Below, piece after piece: positions 12,601 to 20,626 of a DNA stretch of 64,000 bases (its first letter is position 1; each line of letters opens with the position of its first letter). Below the pieces are notes generated by a model that made no database searches, was not told the origin of the DNA, and saw nothing but the letters and a program-made list of their open reading frames with translations. The stretch covers positions 2,752,001 through 2,816,000 of the forward strand of contig OY829846.1 in the NCBI GenBank assembly GCA_963691875.1, given 5' to 3'. Both the position numbers and the translations under genes were made by a program. This DNA is from Aureliella sp. GTDB taxonomy: Bacteria > Planctomycetota > Planctomycetia > Pirellulales > Pirellulaceae.

Positions 12601-13441
12601 ATATGATTGGTCTACCGGTGGCGCAATGAGTCCCGGAGATATCGATCACAACCATAACGGCGTATACGACACTCCAAATGGGGCCCGTCGGGAAGCCAAA
12701 TCGATTGCGGGCAGTGGAGACGCAGTTGACACTGTTTGGCAGTTCCTGCAAGCAAGCCGACAGGGTTATGCAGGAATTCCGCAGACACCAATGCAACGCT
12801 TTACACCCGCGTTCGCGCCAAACCCAGCTCTCAATCCAAATTTCCCAACGCAGTTTGCCAATCCGTTTCGGCCTGCCTCAGAGGCTGGAATGGTACCGAA
12901 GACTTGGAATCCGTTTCACGCTGAGACTCCACTGCAAGCGGCGACAGCCAATTGGGTCGAGCATTATCATCTTGCACACAATGCGGCCAAGAAGGGCGTG
13001 TTGGATATCTATGCTCGTAGGAATCCAGCTCACGTTACTCTACTGCGTGGTGCAGTGCTGCCGCCGCTTGCATTTGATATGGACTCGAACGGTATGCTGG
13101 ATTCTGCCGGAGTGACTCGATTCAATACCGGGCAATTGTTTGTCGATGCGTCCAGCACTTTGCCGCATCCATTTACTGACACTTATCCGATGACTCGTCT
13201 AAAGAATTTGACGTCGAATACTTCCAATGCATTCGCTGTCTACATGACGGTTGGGTTCTTCGAGTATGATCCAGCAACGGATTCGATTGGTGTAGAGTAC
13301 GGGGCGAATGCAGGTGAGTCGGAACGCTATCGCGGTTTCTTCGTGGTCGACCGGACAATCCCAGTCGGATTCCAAGTCGGAGAGGATCATAACGCGGCCA
13401 ACACGATCTTGGTCAAGCGTTACTTGAAAGCGAGAGACTAG
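6626..13441 (+). CDS. Giant (2271 aa) PilX/GspK-like protein
   Basis: RRNRSG|LILLVVLGMLALFSMLAVTYV, a class III signal lacking Glu5; GKLNLNS and SNAFAVYMTVG near the C-terminus; last gene of pilin run. Confidence 0.78.
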   Translation: MSRLIHRKVAGESRRNRSGLILLVVLGMLALFSMLAVTYVVFASQSRSTSMALARRETRGHKSHRAIMDSAMMALVRGTGPQSSMFGHSLLGDLYGASESQGTTLSVRTFTINDDLSITPSMPNTSRDRPLLLNGHFLRIPLHDPAVRSGSYLSPNFLPADSDALNGRIVTFPEGNGPLSGQSFRIIRYIGQTVTAAASTDAERHLLAQSYSITIDLNEANLQQSFSAGGVHGSIADWVSRFPPGTGVWASGAYACYGSVGNVHSNPFSLLLNGQPLNAHGVGILADGSSQLHFQPVAGGRPVDPAPSGGQPPRYNSISEMATSLLPNYREMGGAGAAGSTGWLTTASAADQNPNAQYPIFEQYPRIVPSPIGLLGDSDEPYDAPDYQNMWMAHRRAGAATSRQIIPSFHRPSLINYIVNWKKNPVTGQPMSPATWTEEEFLATIRRIEMATLRPLSYIITTPSRGTVTRNALFTGGNSGNAGGTTGSDFTSPTLNVEITSNWVNNWGPLWGTAASPGVFRQWVNQLVIGPWDVDTDLDGVADSNWIDPGLPLETTADGKLVKPMVAYYVDDLDSKLDINAVGSLAQIKSRVVGPYVNHAGEQFAEAIDGTFYNWDHLNNTSSYLRQGLGYGPADISLRHLFNDPSTTDDIDELRFASFMRERYGAGEFSTEFVPGYIGNDAFSEIANMRERRISFSHGRSPGLPMATTGRDSIGLDFFGNPRVWNSRLTGSNQSAVNESTNDPYEATWMRGGNQDSPYTIAEWERIYRVRDADRTMMPDRLQQALGLNAASLASSNLRHEISPYTRHLRGPQLTSRTTRRLDIPEDNSTPLLPSFFDTAGTSPTSLGQGPTSMLQLVNTVRHLRREAAFTQSQLLELFPLEFSRGMLMDLNRPFGNGYDDDKDGQIDEPDELNQLTNSEGAIYATLPGANVTPGSILENYFEGYFSRPDTNITRNQRLELINADPHLDYTSATLNVFQGMESRQMYARQLYCLAQLLVPEDYVFPNINKAYFQNLLLERANGVADAANKYTQLRGRTLAQWAVNTVDFRDGDAAMTRFVYDPDPFRDASGNDFAAWEVVPATTTVVWGMEAPEALLTESLAFHDVRVRRDPYAAGPDPVFHQFRVPQGSLFLEIFCPRTTALETATTPPIPGESDRNAQGVPNGLYSTDNDNNSGNGFQGDVRLELSRLTLSKYGSQFPVWRVYLSGPADPDAAQALKTPNERLMAPGTPVFDEPQRHDLNLQFQSGNTLFDMSGSPIPDSVTAAAASGLQFDYLPTGDTERLDEPDPSDSRIVLFTPRSAFTATRANTPGVANPAAQVFQHQAGNVRIRGGEFLVVGPRQGTYFGSREDSKTGATMGDFRNSPNGHSIIFDNSGTDRIAGGAGPWVSLHDPSFTAITQRAEHQKCNWLIVNQELDALWTAEAGEPNPPMLFNGLNISEPLADLDSFNNGALDSYYAEPTDIVNEDDDTGGGPTGEPGFDSIPQDGYHDWSMSASPASVTAPFDAGQSGTPLEFWNPVNNPWTQAGGAPRVDLDSDGTGDVVSPGTQFDFSTAYLQRLADPEKPFHATFNPYITVDWLPIDLTVFNGEDNEAPHFDPSDPGYPEHYFASRQKMGQGLDSSTHEYPAQDSNAGENSTGGTTFYSALTDQLADESAPDATLDAFWNFVMPVRPTLVTPPNPRDLATFNGTNSFPTLGYLNSSYLVSGEAGTRDVANVRFRGAPANPDAPREIWRPYSVYWPNRQFVNNLELMMVPLSSPGQFMQEFSSTLNTNGGSHYAADFRNNVGTYSFPDDRRTPVSPVSELPPVNTGGTPLGNSGTVGTRAASAINDNGLVVGGTLVPSEPARYTAYAHLMNFFQEVPSIKQPDRHPMYTFTPSPPSIAPVAPMPEGANPKNTSLLNLLEMVDTKSPWTDSERIEPPANLAIQAWTGVTVADQVAASSNIIFSPFRAPYNRFPTFTETGKLNLNSIAEIGVIQGIGQAVIPPSDIDYPPYDWSTGGAMSPGDIDHNHNGVYDTPNGARREAKSIAGSGDAVDTVWQFLQASRQGYAGIPQTPMQRFTPAFAPNPALNPNFPTQFANPFRPASEAGMVPKTWNPFHAETPLQAATANWVEHYHLAHNAAKKGVLDIYARRNPAHVTLLRGAVLPPLAFDMDSNGMLDSAGVTRFNTGQLFVDASSTLPHPFTDTYPMTRLKNLTSNTSNAFAVYMTVGFFEYDPATDSIGVEYGANAGESERYRGFFVVDRTIPVGFQVGEDHNAANTILVKRYLKARD

Positions 13442-13562
13442 GCCTGATGCGTTATTATGATGGTGTGAAGCTTCTGTTGCTGAAGTGCCACCAAGCCATA
13501 ACAACGTTTCACTCATGATCGGCCTGTCCGACCCGTATTGAGCTAATTTTGTTAAGATTTCC

Positions 13563-13587
13563 AGGGCGTCTTCGGACGCCCTTTTTT
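13563..13587 (+). terminator. Rho-independent terminator of pilin operon
   Basis: AGGGCGTC-TTCG-GACGCCCT then TTTTT (C-UUCG-G tetraloop). Confidence 0.88.
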
Positions 13588-13650
13588 CGTAAGAAATAAA
13601 CTCGTTGAGACCAAACTTGACCTGGCAAAGGTCGGTTCTGTTACAAGTGA

Positions 13651-14685
13651 ATGCCGATGCACCAATTATCTATCAAGTCGGGTTTAGCCCTGTTAGTAAT
13701 AATTGGCTTGGTTGGTGCGGCGCAGCTTTGTGCTCAAGAAGTCCCTCGTTGCGAAGTGATTCCAGAAATCGGCAAGGCAAGCTTTCGCATTGATGGAGTG
13801 GAGAAGACTTGCTGGGTCTTTGGAGCGAGTGCCAATTATCCGCGGCCATTCTTCTATCCCTTGAATGGCCCGTCTGGTCAAACGTTGACTCGCATGGGGC
13901 ATCCGGGTGCACCGGATCATGATCACCACCAAAGTGTTTGGTTTGCTCACCATGATGTAGAAGGCGAAAGTTTTTGGGCCAATGATAAGGGAACGACGAT
14001 TCGGCAGAAGCAATGGCTGGCGTACGAAGATGGTGATAATGCTGCTCAACTGGCTTGTCTGATCGGATGGTACGGCAAAGACGGAAACGAATTGCTCCAG
14101 CAAGAACTGGTGGTGGCGATACTGCCAGCCGAAAAAGGTCAGTATGAGTTGGAGATTCAGTCCACTTTCACCCCTGGGGCAGGGCGCGAAGTGACGCAGC
14201 TCGGAAAAACCAACTTTGGATTCTTAGCTGTGCGCGTCGCAAAGTCGGTGGCAGAGCGTTTCGGTGGAGGGAGTCTAACCGACTCAGAAGGCCGCGAAAC
14301 GGAGAAGAACATCTTTGGCAAACAAGCCAACTGGATGGACTATAGCGGCTGGATTTATTCTCGCCCGAAATCGAGGGGAAACCGCATCGCCACTGCAGAA
14401 GGAATCACCTTCATGGAACATCCAGACAATGTTTCGTATCCAACGCACTGGCATGTTCGAGCAGACGGCTGGATGGGGGCTTCTCCGGGAATGCAGCGCC
14501 CCATCAATATTACTTCAGAAAACCCCCTTCAACTGCGATATAGCTTGTTCGTGCATTCTGGCGTTTGCGACGCGGATCTCATTGACACTCGTCATGAGGC
14601 ATTTTCGAAGCGGCCTGCATTCGAAGTCATTGCATCTCCTGAGCCGCATGTTCGCCACGCCATCCGGCGCATTGGTTCGCAGTAG
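13651..14685 (+). CDS. DUF6807 ('PmoA-like', PF14100-type) secreted protein
   Basis: Signal peptide; RPFFYPLNGPSG..LTR, DHDHHQSVWFAH, FGFLAVRVA, WMDYSG, HWHVRADG. Confidence 0.75.
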   Translation: MPMHQLSIKSGLALLVIIGLVGAAQLCAQEVPRCEVIPEIGKASFRIDGVEKTCWVFGASANYPRPFFYPLNGPSGQTLTRMGHPGAPDHDHHQSVWFAHHDVEGESFWANDKGTTIRQKQWLAYEDGDNAAQLACLIGWYGKDGNELLQQELVVAILPAEKGQYELEIQSTFTPGAGREVTQLGKTNFGFLAVRVAKSVAERFGGGSLTDSEGRETEKNIFGKQANWMDYSGWIYSRPKSRGNRIATAEGITFMEHPDNVSYPTHWHVRADGWMGASPGMQRPINITSENPLQLRYSLFVHSGVCDADLIDTRHEAFSKRPAFEVIASPEPHVRHAIRRIGSQ

Positions 14686-14691
14686 TCTCAG

Positions 14692-17600
14692 ATGCGGTAC
14701 GTCGAGCTACACTGCAAGTCGAACTTCTCCTTTTTGGAAGGAGCTTCGCACGCTGATGAGTTGATTCAGCGTGCACTGGAGCTCGGCTATCAAGGCTTGG
14801 CGGTTACAGATCGCAATACTCTTGCCGGAATTGTACGAGCTCACACTGCGGCCAAGGACGCTGGGCTGCCGTTTTATGTGGGTGCCGAGCTGCATCCGGT
14901 TGACGGGCCGCCACTAGTGGTCTGGCCAGAGAATCGCGAGGCCTACGGGCGTCTTTGCCGGATTCTGACACGAGGCCGGCTGCGTCGCGAAAAAGGTTCT
15001 TGCGAGATCTACTGGGCAGATATCGAGGAGCTGGGCGTAGGACTTTGGGCTGGCATTCTTTTGCGGCAGCCAGTCATTGATGAAGTAGCTCCAGCTGAAC
15101 AGATGCACTACGCCGACGAAGACGTGATGCCTTGGGAGAACCAAGATCATTTTTCGGTCGCACGCGAAGATCAAGTCGATGGAACAGAGATTCACGAAGC
15201 CGATCTGAAACGCTCAACCTGTCACCTAGAGTTGCCCCCGCATGAGTTTGATCCGCGAAACGATTCAATCTGGCTACAGTGGCTCAAGTACTTCCGCCGA
15301 ATCTTCGGGTATCGAGCGAACTTGATGGTAGAAGTACATCGTGGAGTTGACGACGTGGGACAGATCGCCCGATTGCGCGAACTCAGCGACCAAGCTGAGA
15401 TTCCGCTGATGGCCGGTGGCGATGTGCATTACCATGAGTCCGAGCGAGCAATTCTGCACGACTGCTTACTGGCCACCCGATTCAATACAACGATCGATGA
15501 AGTCAGTACCCAGCGGCTGTCGAATACACAGTATCATTTGCGATCGTTGGAGCGACTTACGCATCACTATGGCGAGATTCCTGAGGCGCTAGAGCGTACG
15601 GCAGAAGTAGCCGAACAGCTGCAATTCTCATTGGACGAACTGCGATACGATTATCCGATCGAACTTGCTCCCGATAGCCAGCAGCCTATCGACTACTTGA
15701 AGCGGTTAACTTGGGAAGGTGCCAAGAAACGCTATCCCGCCGGAGTACCCGACGCAGTGATAGCCATGCTGCGACATGAAGTGGGTTTGATCGAAGAGTT
15801 GCACTACGAAGCGTACTTCTTGACTGTATGGGATCTCGTGCGTTTTGCTCGCTCACGCGGGATCTTATGCCAGGGACGAGGCTCGGCGGCCAACAGTGCC
15901 GTGTGCTATTGTCTGGGTGTGACCTCTGTCGACCCAAGTAGACTCGACTTGCTATTTGAGCGATTCATCAGCAAGGAACGTAATGAAGCACCCGACATTG
16001 ATATCGACTTCGAGCATCAACGTCGCGAAGAAGTCCTGCAATACATCTACGACAAGTACGGCCGGCATCGTGCGGGGATGACTGCGACGGTGATCTCTTA
16101 TCGCACCAAGTCGGCGATCCGCGATTGCGGGAAAGCACTTGGAATCTCACTCGACCGCATCGATGGCCTGAGCAAACTGGTGGATTCACGGCTGACCGAG
16201 GGCACCTTGGCTGATCGTGCTCGCGAGTCAGGAATTGATCCGGCTTCGGAAATCGGAAGACGTTTTCTGTATTTAGTCGAGAACTTGATTGGCTTCCCAA
16301 GGCACTTATCCCAGCATGTCGGCGGAATGGTGATGACGGACGGTTGGCTCTGTGAGCTTTGTCCTCTCGAAAATGCGTCGATGGAAGGGCGGACAGTGGT
16401 TCAGTGGGATAAGGACGATTTGGATGACCTAGGGATTCTCAAAGTCGATTGCTTATCACTTGGAATGCTCAGTGCCATCAACCGAGCGCTGGACTTGCTG
16501 GAAGATCACTACGATCGCAAGTTGACTCTCGCCACCGTTCCACCCGAAGATCCAGAAGTTTATGACATGATCTGCCAGGCGGATACGACAGGTGTGTTTC
16601 AGATCGAAAGTCGCGCGCAGATGAGCATGTTGCCGAGGCTGCGTCCCAGGTGCTTCTACGACTTGGTAATTGAGGTTGCGATTGTCAGGCCGGGGCCTAT
16701 TCAAGGGCAGATGGTGCATCCGTACTTGAAGGCGCGAAGGTCTGGTGTGCAGCCTGAGTATCCGACGGAAGAGATTGCTCAGGTACTGCGTAAGACGATG
16801 GGGGTTCCGATTTTTCAAGAGCAAGCGATGCGTCTGGCCGTGGTCGCTGCAGGTTTTACTCCTGGGGAAGCAGATCAGCTGCGTCGAGCGATGGCAGCGT
16901 GGCGTCGGCCTGGTGTGATTGACCAGTTTCGCCAGAAGTTGATCGCTGGCATGGCTGACAAAGGCTTGACGGAGGAGTTTGCAGAACGTGTCTTCACGCA
17001 GATTCGTGGCTTCGGCGAGTATGGTTTTCCTGAGTCACATGCGGCGAGCTTTGCGCTGCTGGTCTATGTCTCTTGCTGGCTCAAGCATCACTATCCAGCA
17101 GCCTTCTGCGCGGCGATTCTTAATAGTCAGCCGATGGGGTTTTATGCGCCAGCACAGCTGGTGCGCGACGCCAGAGAACACGGTGTTGAAGTCGCTGGTG
17201 TCGACGTTAATCACAGCGATTGGGAATGCACACTTGAGCCGACCAAGCAGGCGCAAGACAAGTCTTTGCGTCTGGGGATGCTAATGATCCGTGGCTTAGC
17301 TCGTGACGTGGGAGAGAAGATCATGCTGACACGGGCGCAAGCTCCCTTTCGTGATCTGGCTGATTTCACACGCCGTACGCGACTAGGGAAGGCACAAGTC
17401 ACTCGGCTTGCTGATGCCGGTGCGTTGAGCTCTCTGGCTGGTGACCGTCGTGCGGCATACTGGCAGGCTTTGGCACAGGACAAAACATCGAAAGAGCTCG
17501 GTTTGCTAGAGGCGATGGGGGCGGATGTCGATGATGACTTGCCGGAGGCGCTCAGGCCGATGGCTGAGGTGGAAGAAGTGTACGCAGACTATTCCACCAC

Positions 17601-17982
17601 CGGACTATCGCTACGTGGGCATCCCATCGGATTTGTGCGAGAGCAGCTCAAACGTTTGCGAGTCACCACTGCCAAGGATCTCAAGAAAACCCGCGACGGC
17701 AAGTTTGTTTGTGTTGCAGGACTCGTGCTGCTGCGACAGCGTCCTGGAACGGCCAAGGGGATAACGTTCGTGACGCTTGAAGATGAGACCGGAGCGATGA
17801 ATCTGGTGCTTAAACCCGAAGTGTGGCAAAAGCATTACAAAGTAGCACGCCGATCTAACGCATGGATGGCTCATGGCGTTCTGGAGAATCGCGAAGGTAT
17901 CATTCACCTTGTGGTCGGGCGCTTGGAGGACTTGTCGGAGACGGTCGGGGAACTTGAGCAGCGGAGTCGCGATTTTCATTAA
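14692..17982 (+). CDS. dnaE2: Error-prone DNA polymerase III alpha DnaE2 (ImuC)
   Basis: ELHCKSNFSFLEGAS PHP start, GRGSAANS, PDIDIDFEH, FPRHLSQHVGG, YGFPESHA, C-terminal SRDFH signature. Confidence 0.96.
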   Translation: MRYVELHCKSNFSFLEGASHADELIQRALELGYQGLAVTDRNTLAGIVRAHTAAKDAGLPFYVGAELHPVDGPPLVVWPENREAYGRLCRILTRGRLRREKGSCEIYWADIEELGVGLWAGILLRQPVIDEVAPAEQMHYADEDVMPWENQDHFSVAREDQVDGTEIHEADLKRSTCHLELPPHEFDPRNDSIWLQWLKYFRRIFGYRANLMVEVHRGVDDVGQIARLRELSDQAEIPLMAGGDVHYHESERAILHDCLLATRFNTTIDEVSTQRLSNTQYHLRSLERLTHHYGEIPEALERTAEVAEQLQFSLDELRYDYPIELAPDSQQPIDYLKRLTWEGAKKRYPAGVPDAVIAMLRHEVGLIEELHYEAYFLTVWDLVRFARSRGILCQGRGSAANSAVCYCLGVTSVDPSRLDLLFERFISKERNEAPDIDIDFEHQRREEVLQYIYDKYGRHRAGMTATVISYRTKSAIRDCGKALGISLDRIDGLSKLVDSRLTEGTLADRARESGIDPASEIGRRFLYLVENLIGFPRHLSQHVGGMVMTDGWLCELCPLENASMEGRTVVQWDKDDLDDLGILKVDCLSLGMLSAINRALDLLEDHYDRKLTLATVPPEDPEVYDMICQADTTGVFQIESRAQMSMLPRLRPRCFYDLVIEVAIVRPGPIQGQMVHPYLKARRSGVQPEYPTEEIAQVLRKTMGVPIFQEQAMRLAVVAAGFTPGEADQLRRAMAAWRRPGVIDQFRQKLIAGMADKGLTEEFAERVFTQIRGFGEYGFPESHAASFALLVYVSCWLKHHYPAAFCAAILNSQPMGFYAPAQLVRDAREHGVEVAGVDVNHSDWECTLEPTKQAQDKSLRLGMLMIRGLARDVGEKIMLTRAQAPFRDLADFTRRTRLGKAQVTRLADAGALSSLAGDRRAAYWQALAQDKTSKELGLLEAMGADVDDDLPEALRPMAEVEEVYADYSTTGLSLRGHPIGFVREQLKRLRVTTAKDLKKTRDGKFVCVAGLVLLRQRPGTAKGITFVTLEDETGAMNLVLKPEVWQKHYKVARRSNAWMAHGVLENREGIIHLVVGRLEDLSETVGELEQRSRDFH

Positions 17983-18053
17983 AGAATAGCTGGCGTTTGC
18001 GGCGGGGCGTTAGACGAAATGAAAGCCATATGCGAGAGTCGAAAAATCAAACA

Positions 18054-18647
18054 CTAACCGCCAACCGCTAGCTCCTCGACCCGATTCAAAAACTGCTCAG
18101 CCGCTTTGCGTCCCTTGAGCCGAACGAACTTTAAATGTTCGTATGGCGGGTTTTGCTGAACTGCTTCGTAACGATGTTGAAGCCGATGGTAGGAAGTGAT
18201 GGTCCAGAGAACCACGGACTCACGACTTAAGAATGACCTGCCGAACGATTCACGATTCCCCGTTCCTGGCCAAAGCTCTTTCTTGGTCCAAGCTCGATGA
18301 ATGGCCCGTTTAACGGCTTGCCAGAGATTGAGTGCGAACGATGGATCGAGCCAAATGATCGTTTGAGTTTTAGGCCACTTTACATCGTATGTCTTGCTGT
18401 GGTAATTGCCGTCCAGCACCCAGTGCTCGCCAGAGAGTGCATGCTCTAGTCGTTCTCGAAATACGCCTGGCTCAGACTTGGTCCAGCTCGGTCCGTGATA
18501 GAGCTGATCCATTTCAATGCAAGGTGCATCAAGCAGTCTTGAAAGCCTACGGGCAAACGTAGACTTGCCGCTGCCGCTTGTGCCAACGACATTGACGCGG
18601 CATAGGGCTTGGATTGTGAGATTGGATCCGGAGATGGTGGCTGGCAT
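18054..18647 (-). CDS. Adenylate kinase-like P-loop protein (FlaR/topology-modulation family)
   Basis: VVGTSGSGKST Walker A, WVLDGNY, GNRES; track start 18683. Confidence 0.8.
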   Translation of the reverse strand: MPATISGSNLTIQALCRVNVVGTSGSGKSTFARRLSRLLDAPCIEMDQLYHGPSWTKSEPGVFRERLEHALSGEHWVLDGNYHSKTYDVKWPKTQTIIWLDPSFALNLWQAVKRAIHRAWTKKELWPGTGNRESFGRSFLSRESVVLWTITSYHRLQHRYEAVQQNPPYEHLKFVRLKGRKAAEQFLNRVEELAVGG

Positions 18648-18853
18648 GTTGTTCAAGGATAGGTACTGCCTGAAGTCAAGCAAGCGCGGGCCGACGAGGC
18701 TTCAAAGCAAGCTGGCGTCTGCGACTGGGCGGTGAACACTTTGTTATGAAGTACCGAAAGCCCTGAAGACATCCACAACCCACGGCCTCGCAGATTAAAA
18801 AAGAGCAGCCCGTAAAGACTGCTCTTTGGTCGTAGCTAATTGAGATCGGAAGC

Positions 18854-19147
18854 TTAGCGTCCTTGCCCCCCGCGCTCATCGGCTTGGCCTTCGGCGAGAC
18901 TGTTAATCTCTCCCATTTGCCCCTCGGCCGACTGGCGGATCTCTTTGATGCGGATTTCTTTTTCTGCGTCAGTCAACTTCGAGTTCTCGTTGATCGACTT
19001 GATCCGTGCTTCGATCCATGTGTTCTGTACTTGCTGTTCTTTTTCGACATCGATTTCAGCTTCGACCTTCGCGGGCTTGCCGCAGCCACTGAAGCCCAAT
19101 AGAGCGATGCCAAGGATTGCTGCTTGGATATTCCAAGAAGATTTCAT
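18854..19147 (-). CDS. Small lipoprotein paired with DUF1559 gene
   Basis: Hydrophobic leader ending FSG|C lipobox; charged helical body. Confidence 0.72.
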   Translation of the reverse strand: MKSSWNIQAAILGIALLGFSGCGKPAKVEAEIDVEKEQQVQNTWIEARIKSINENSKLTDAEKEIRIKEIRQSAEGQMGEINSLAEGQADERGGQGR

Positions 19148-19173
19148 TGCTATTTCCAGTGAGTTGAATTGTG

Positions 19174-19207
19174 AAAAAAGACGTCAAGCAATAGCTCGAC
19201 GTCTTTT
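19174..19207. terminator. Bidirectional terminator-like hairpin between DUF1559 and lipoprotein genes
   Basis: AAAAAAGACGTC-AAGCAATAGCTC-GACGTCTTTT, T-tract on both strands. Confidence 0.65.
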
Positions 19208-19229
19208 GATTGTAGGCAAAACGACTTGG

Positions 19230-20339
19230 CTAGTTGGTAAGGCTCTCAGATGGCTCGTTACCATTTCGAGAACCATAAGCCCACCAAACTCGCTCGGAAA
19301 CATTCTCGGAGATAAAGCTCACTGAACCATCCGTTAGCAGTACTTGGACACCGCCGGTGTGATAGCTACCTGCCGAAGTCTTGAAGTTGCTGTTCCACCA
19401 GTCGTTTCGGTGATAGCAAGTCTGCTTGTTAGGTGGCATCAAGTGCTGGTAAGTGGTGCAGACATTGCCCCAAGCATTCGCCCAGGAAGCGCCTCGGTAT
19501 CGCGAGAAGAAATCAGGAGGAACATTCAAGTTACGGCATTCGTCGTACAGCTCTTCTTGAGTCGCAGCACGACGAGTCGTACCGACGTACATATTGTAAA
19601 GACGAACGTCTTGGCCTGGAGTTCGGTCGCCGGAGCCGTTGTTGATGCAGATTTCTGAGAAGGCAGCTGTATTAGTTGTACCGTCAGTGAAATCGCGAAT
19701 TCGAGTTGGCTCGTCAATGAACGCCCCACCGTTTTGTGTACGGTCGCCATAAGCATTGGGGTAGATGTACGAAACAAAACCATTTGGCTTGTGGAAGCTG
19801 GTTCCATTGATCGGACGCGAGCCACCAGGACCAGTCGATTCAATCGGCCAACCGAAGTTAACTGCGTAGCTGAGGTTGCCTGCGTTCATCGAGCCATTGA
19901 CACCAGCATTGGGGTCGGAGGGGCACAGGTACATTGGCATGTCAAGCGACGCGATTGGCCAGTTTGGATGCGTCTCTGGAATCGGGCGGTTCTCAAACCC
20001 AATTGACAAATTGAAGTTGTTGTATCCTGTTGTTTGTTCGATGAAGGGGAGAATTCGAACCAAGCAAGAAGTTCGTCCGGTCAATGCGACTTCGTTACGT
20101 GTCCCCCGACCGCTCTGGTCGACCCAGTGAAGCGGGAACATCTTGTAGGCACTTTCGTAGTTGTGGAGTGCCAACCCGATCTGCTTCATGTTATTCGAGC
20201 ACTGCATACGACGAGCTGCCTCGCGAGCGGCTTGAACCGCCGGCAATAGCAAGCCCACGAGAATGCCAATAATGGCGATAACGACTAGCAGTTCGACTAG
20301 CGTAAATGCCAGCCTGCGCTTTTGTCTTTGCACTTTCAA
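19230..20339 (-). CDS. DUF1559 (SBP_bac_10) prepilin-like protein
   Basis: [55 protein letters not shown]9-DG ([12 protein letters not shown]). Confidence 0.95.
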   Translation of the reverse strand: MKVQRQKRRLAFTLVELLVVIAIIGILVGLLLPAVQAAREAARRMQCSNNMKQIGLALHNYESAYKMFPLHWVDQSGRGTRNEVALTGRTSCLVRILPFIEQTTGYNNFNLSIGFENRPIPETHPNWPIASLDMPMYLCPSDPNAGVNGSMNAGNLSYAVNFGWPIESTGPGGSRPINGTSFHKPNGFVSYIYPNAYGDRTQNGGAFIDEPTRIRDFTDGTTNTAAFSEICINNGSGDRTPGQDVRLYNMYVGTTRRAATQEELYDECRNLNVPPDFFSRYRGASWANAWGNVCTTYQHLMPPNKQTCYHRNDWWNSNFKTSAGSYHTGGVQVLLTDGSVSFISENVSERVWWAYGSRNGNEPSESLTN

Positions 20340-20626
20340 AACCCTTTCGGCTAACGCGTTCCAGCAACCAAGGAATGGAACAAATTAAAAATAAAAATGG
20401 GGGATGGGTTCTCTTAAGGCTAGCAGTTTTGAGCGGCTCGACAATCCTTAAAACACCTTGATTTTGCCCTCCGCAGCACAAGAAAAATGGGGCACCCTTG
20501 AGCCGGACTAAGGGAAGTGAATTCCCCCATACGACCAATAAATCACGGAGGATTCATAATCCCCCAATGTGAGCGATTCGACCCCAACCGTGGTGAGCCG
20601 AAAAGAGCTAGTCTGGCTGCTTCTGC

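Noticed and set aside
13651..14685. Methane monooxygenase subunit (family label PmoA)
   Set aside because: Soluble secreted protein, not multi-TM, and no pmoB/pmoC; the label is a known misnomer
15067..15267. Intein in DnaE2
   Set aside because: No Cys/Ser start with His-Asn end and too short
20340..20626. Riboswitch upstream of the DUF1559 gene
   Set aside because: Only isolated GGCAAA and AGGGAA words; no complete c-di-GMP or cobalamin architecture by eye (an Rfam scan would settle it)
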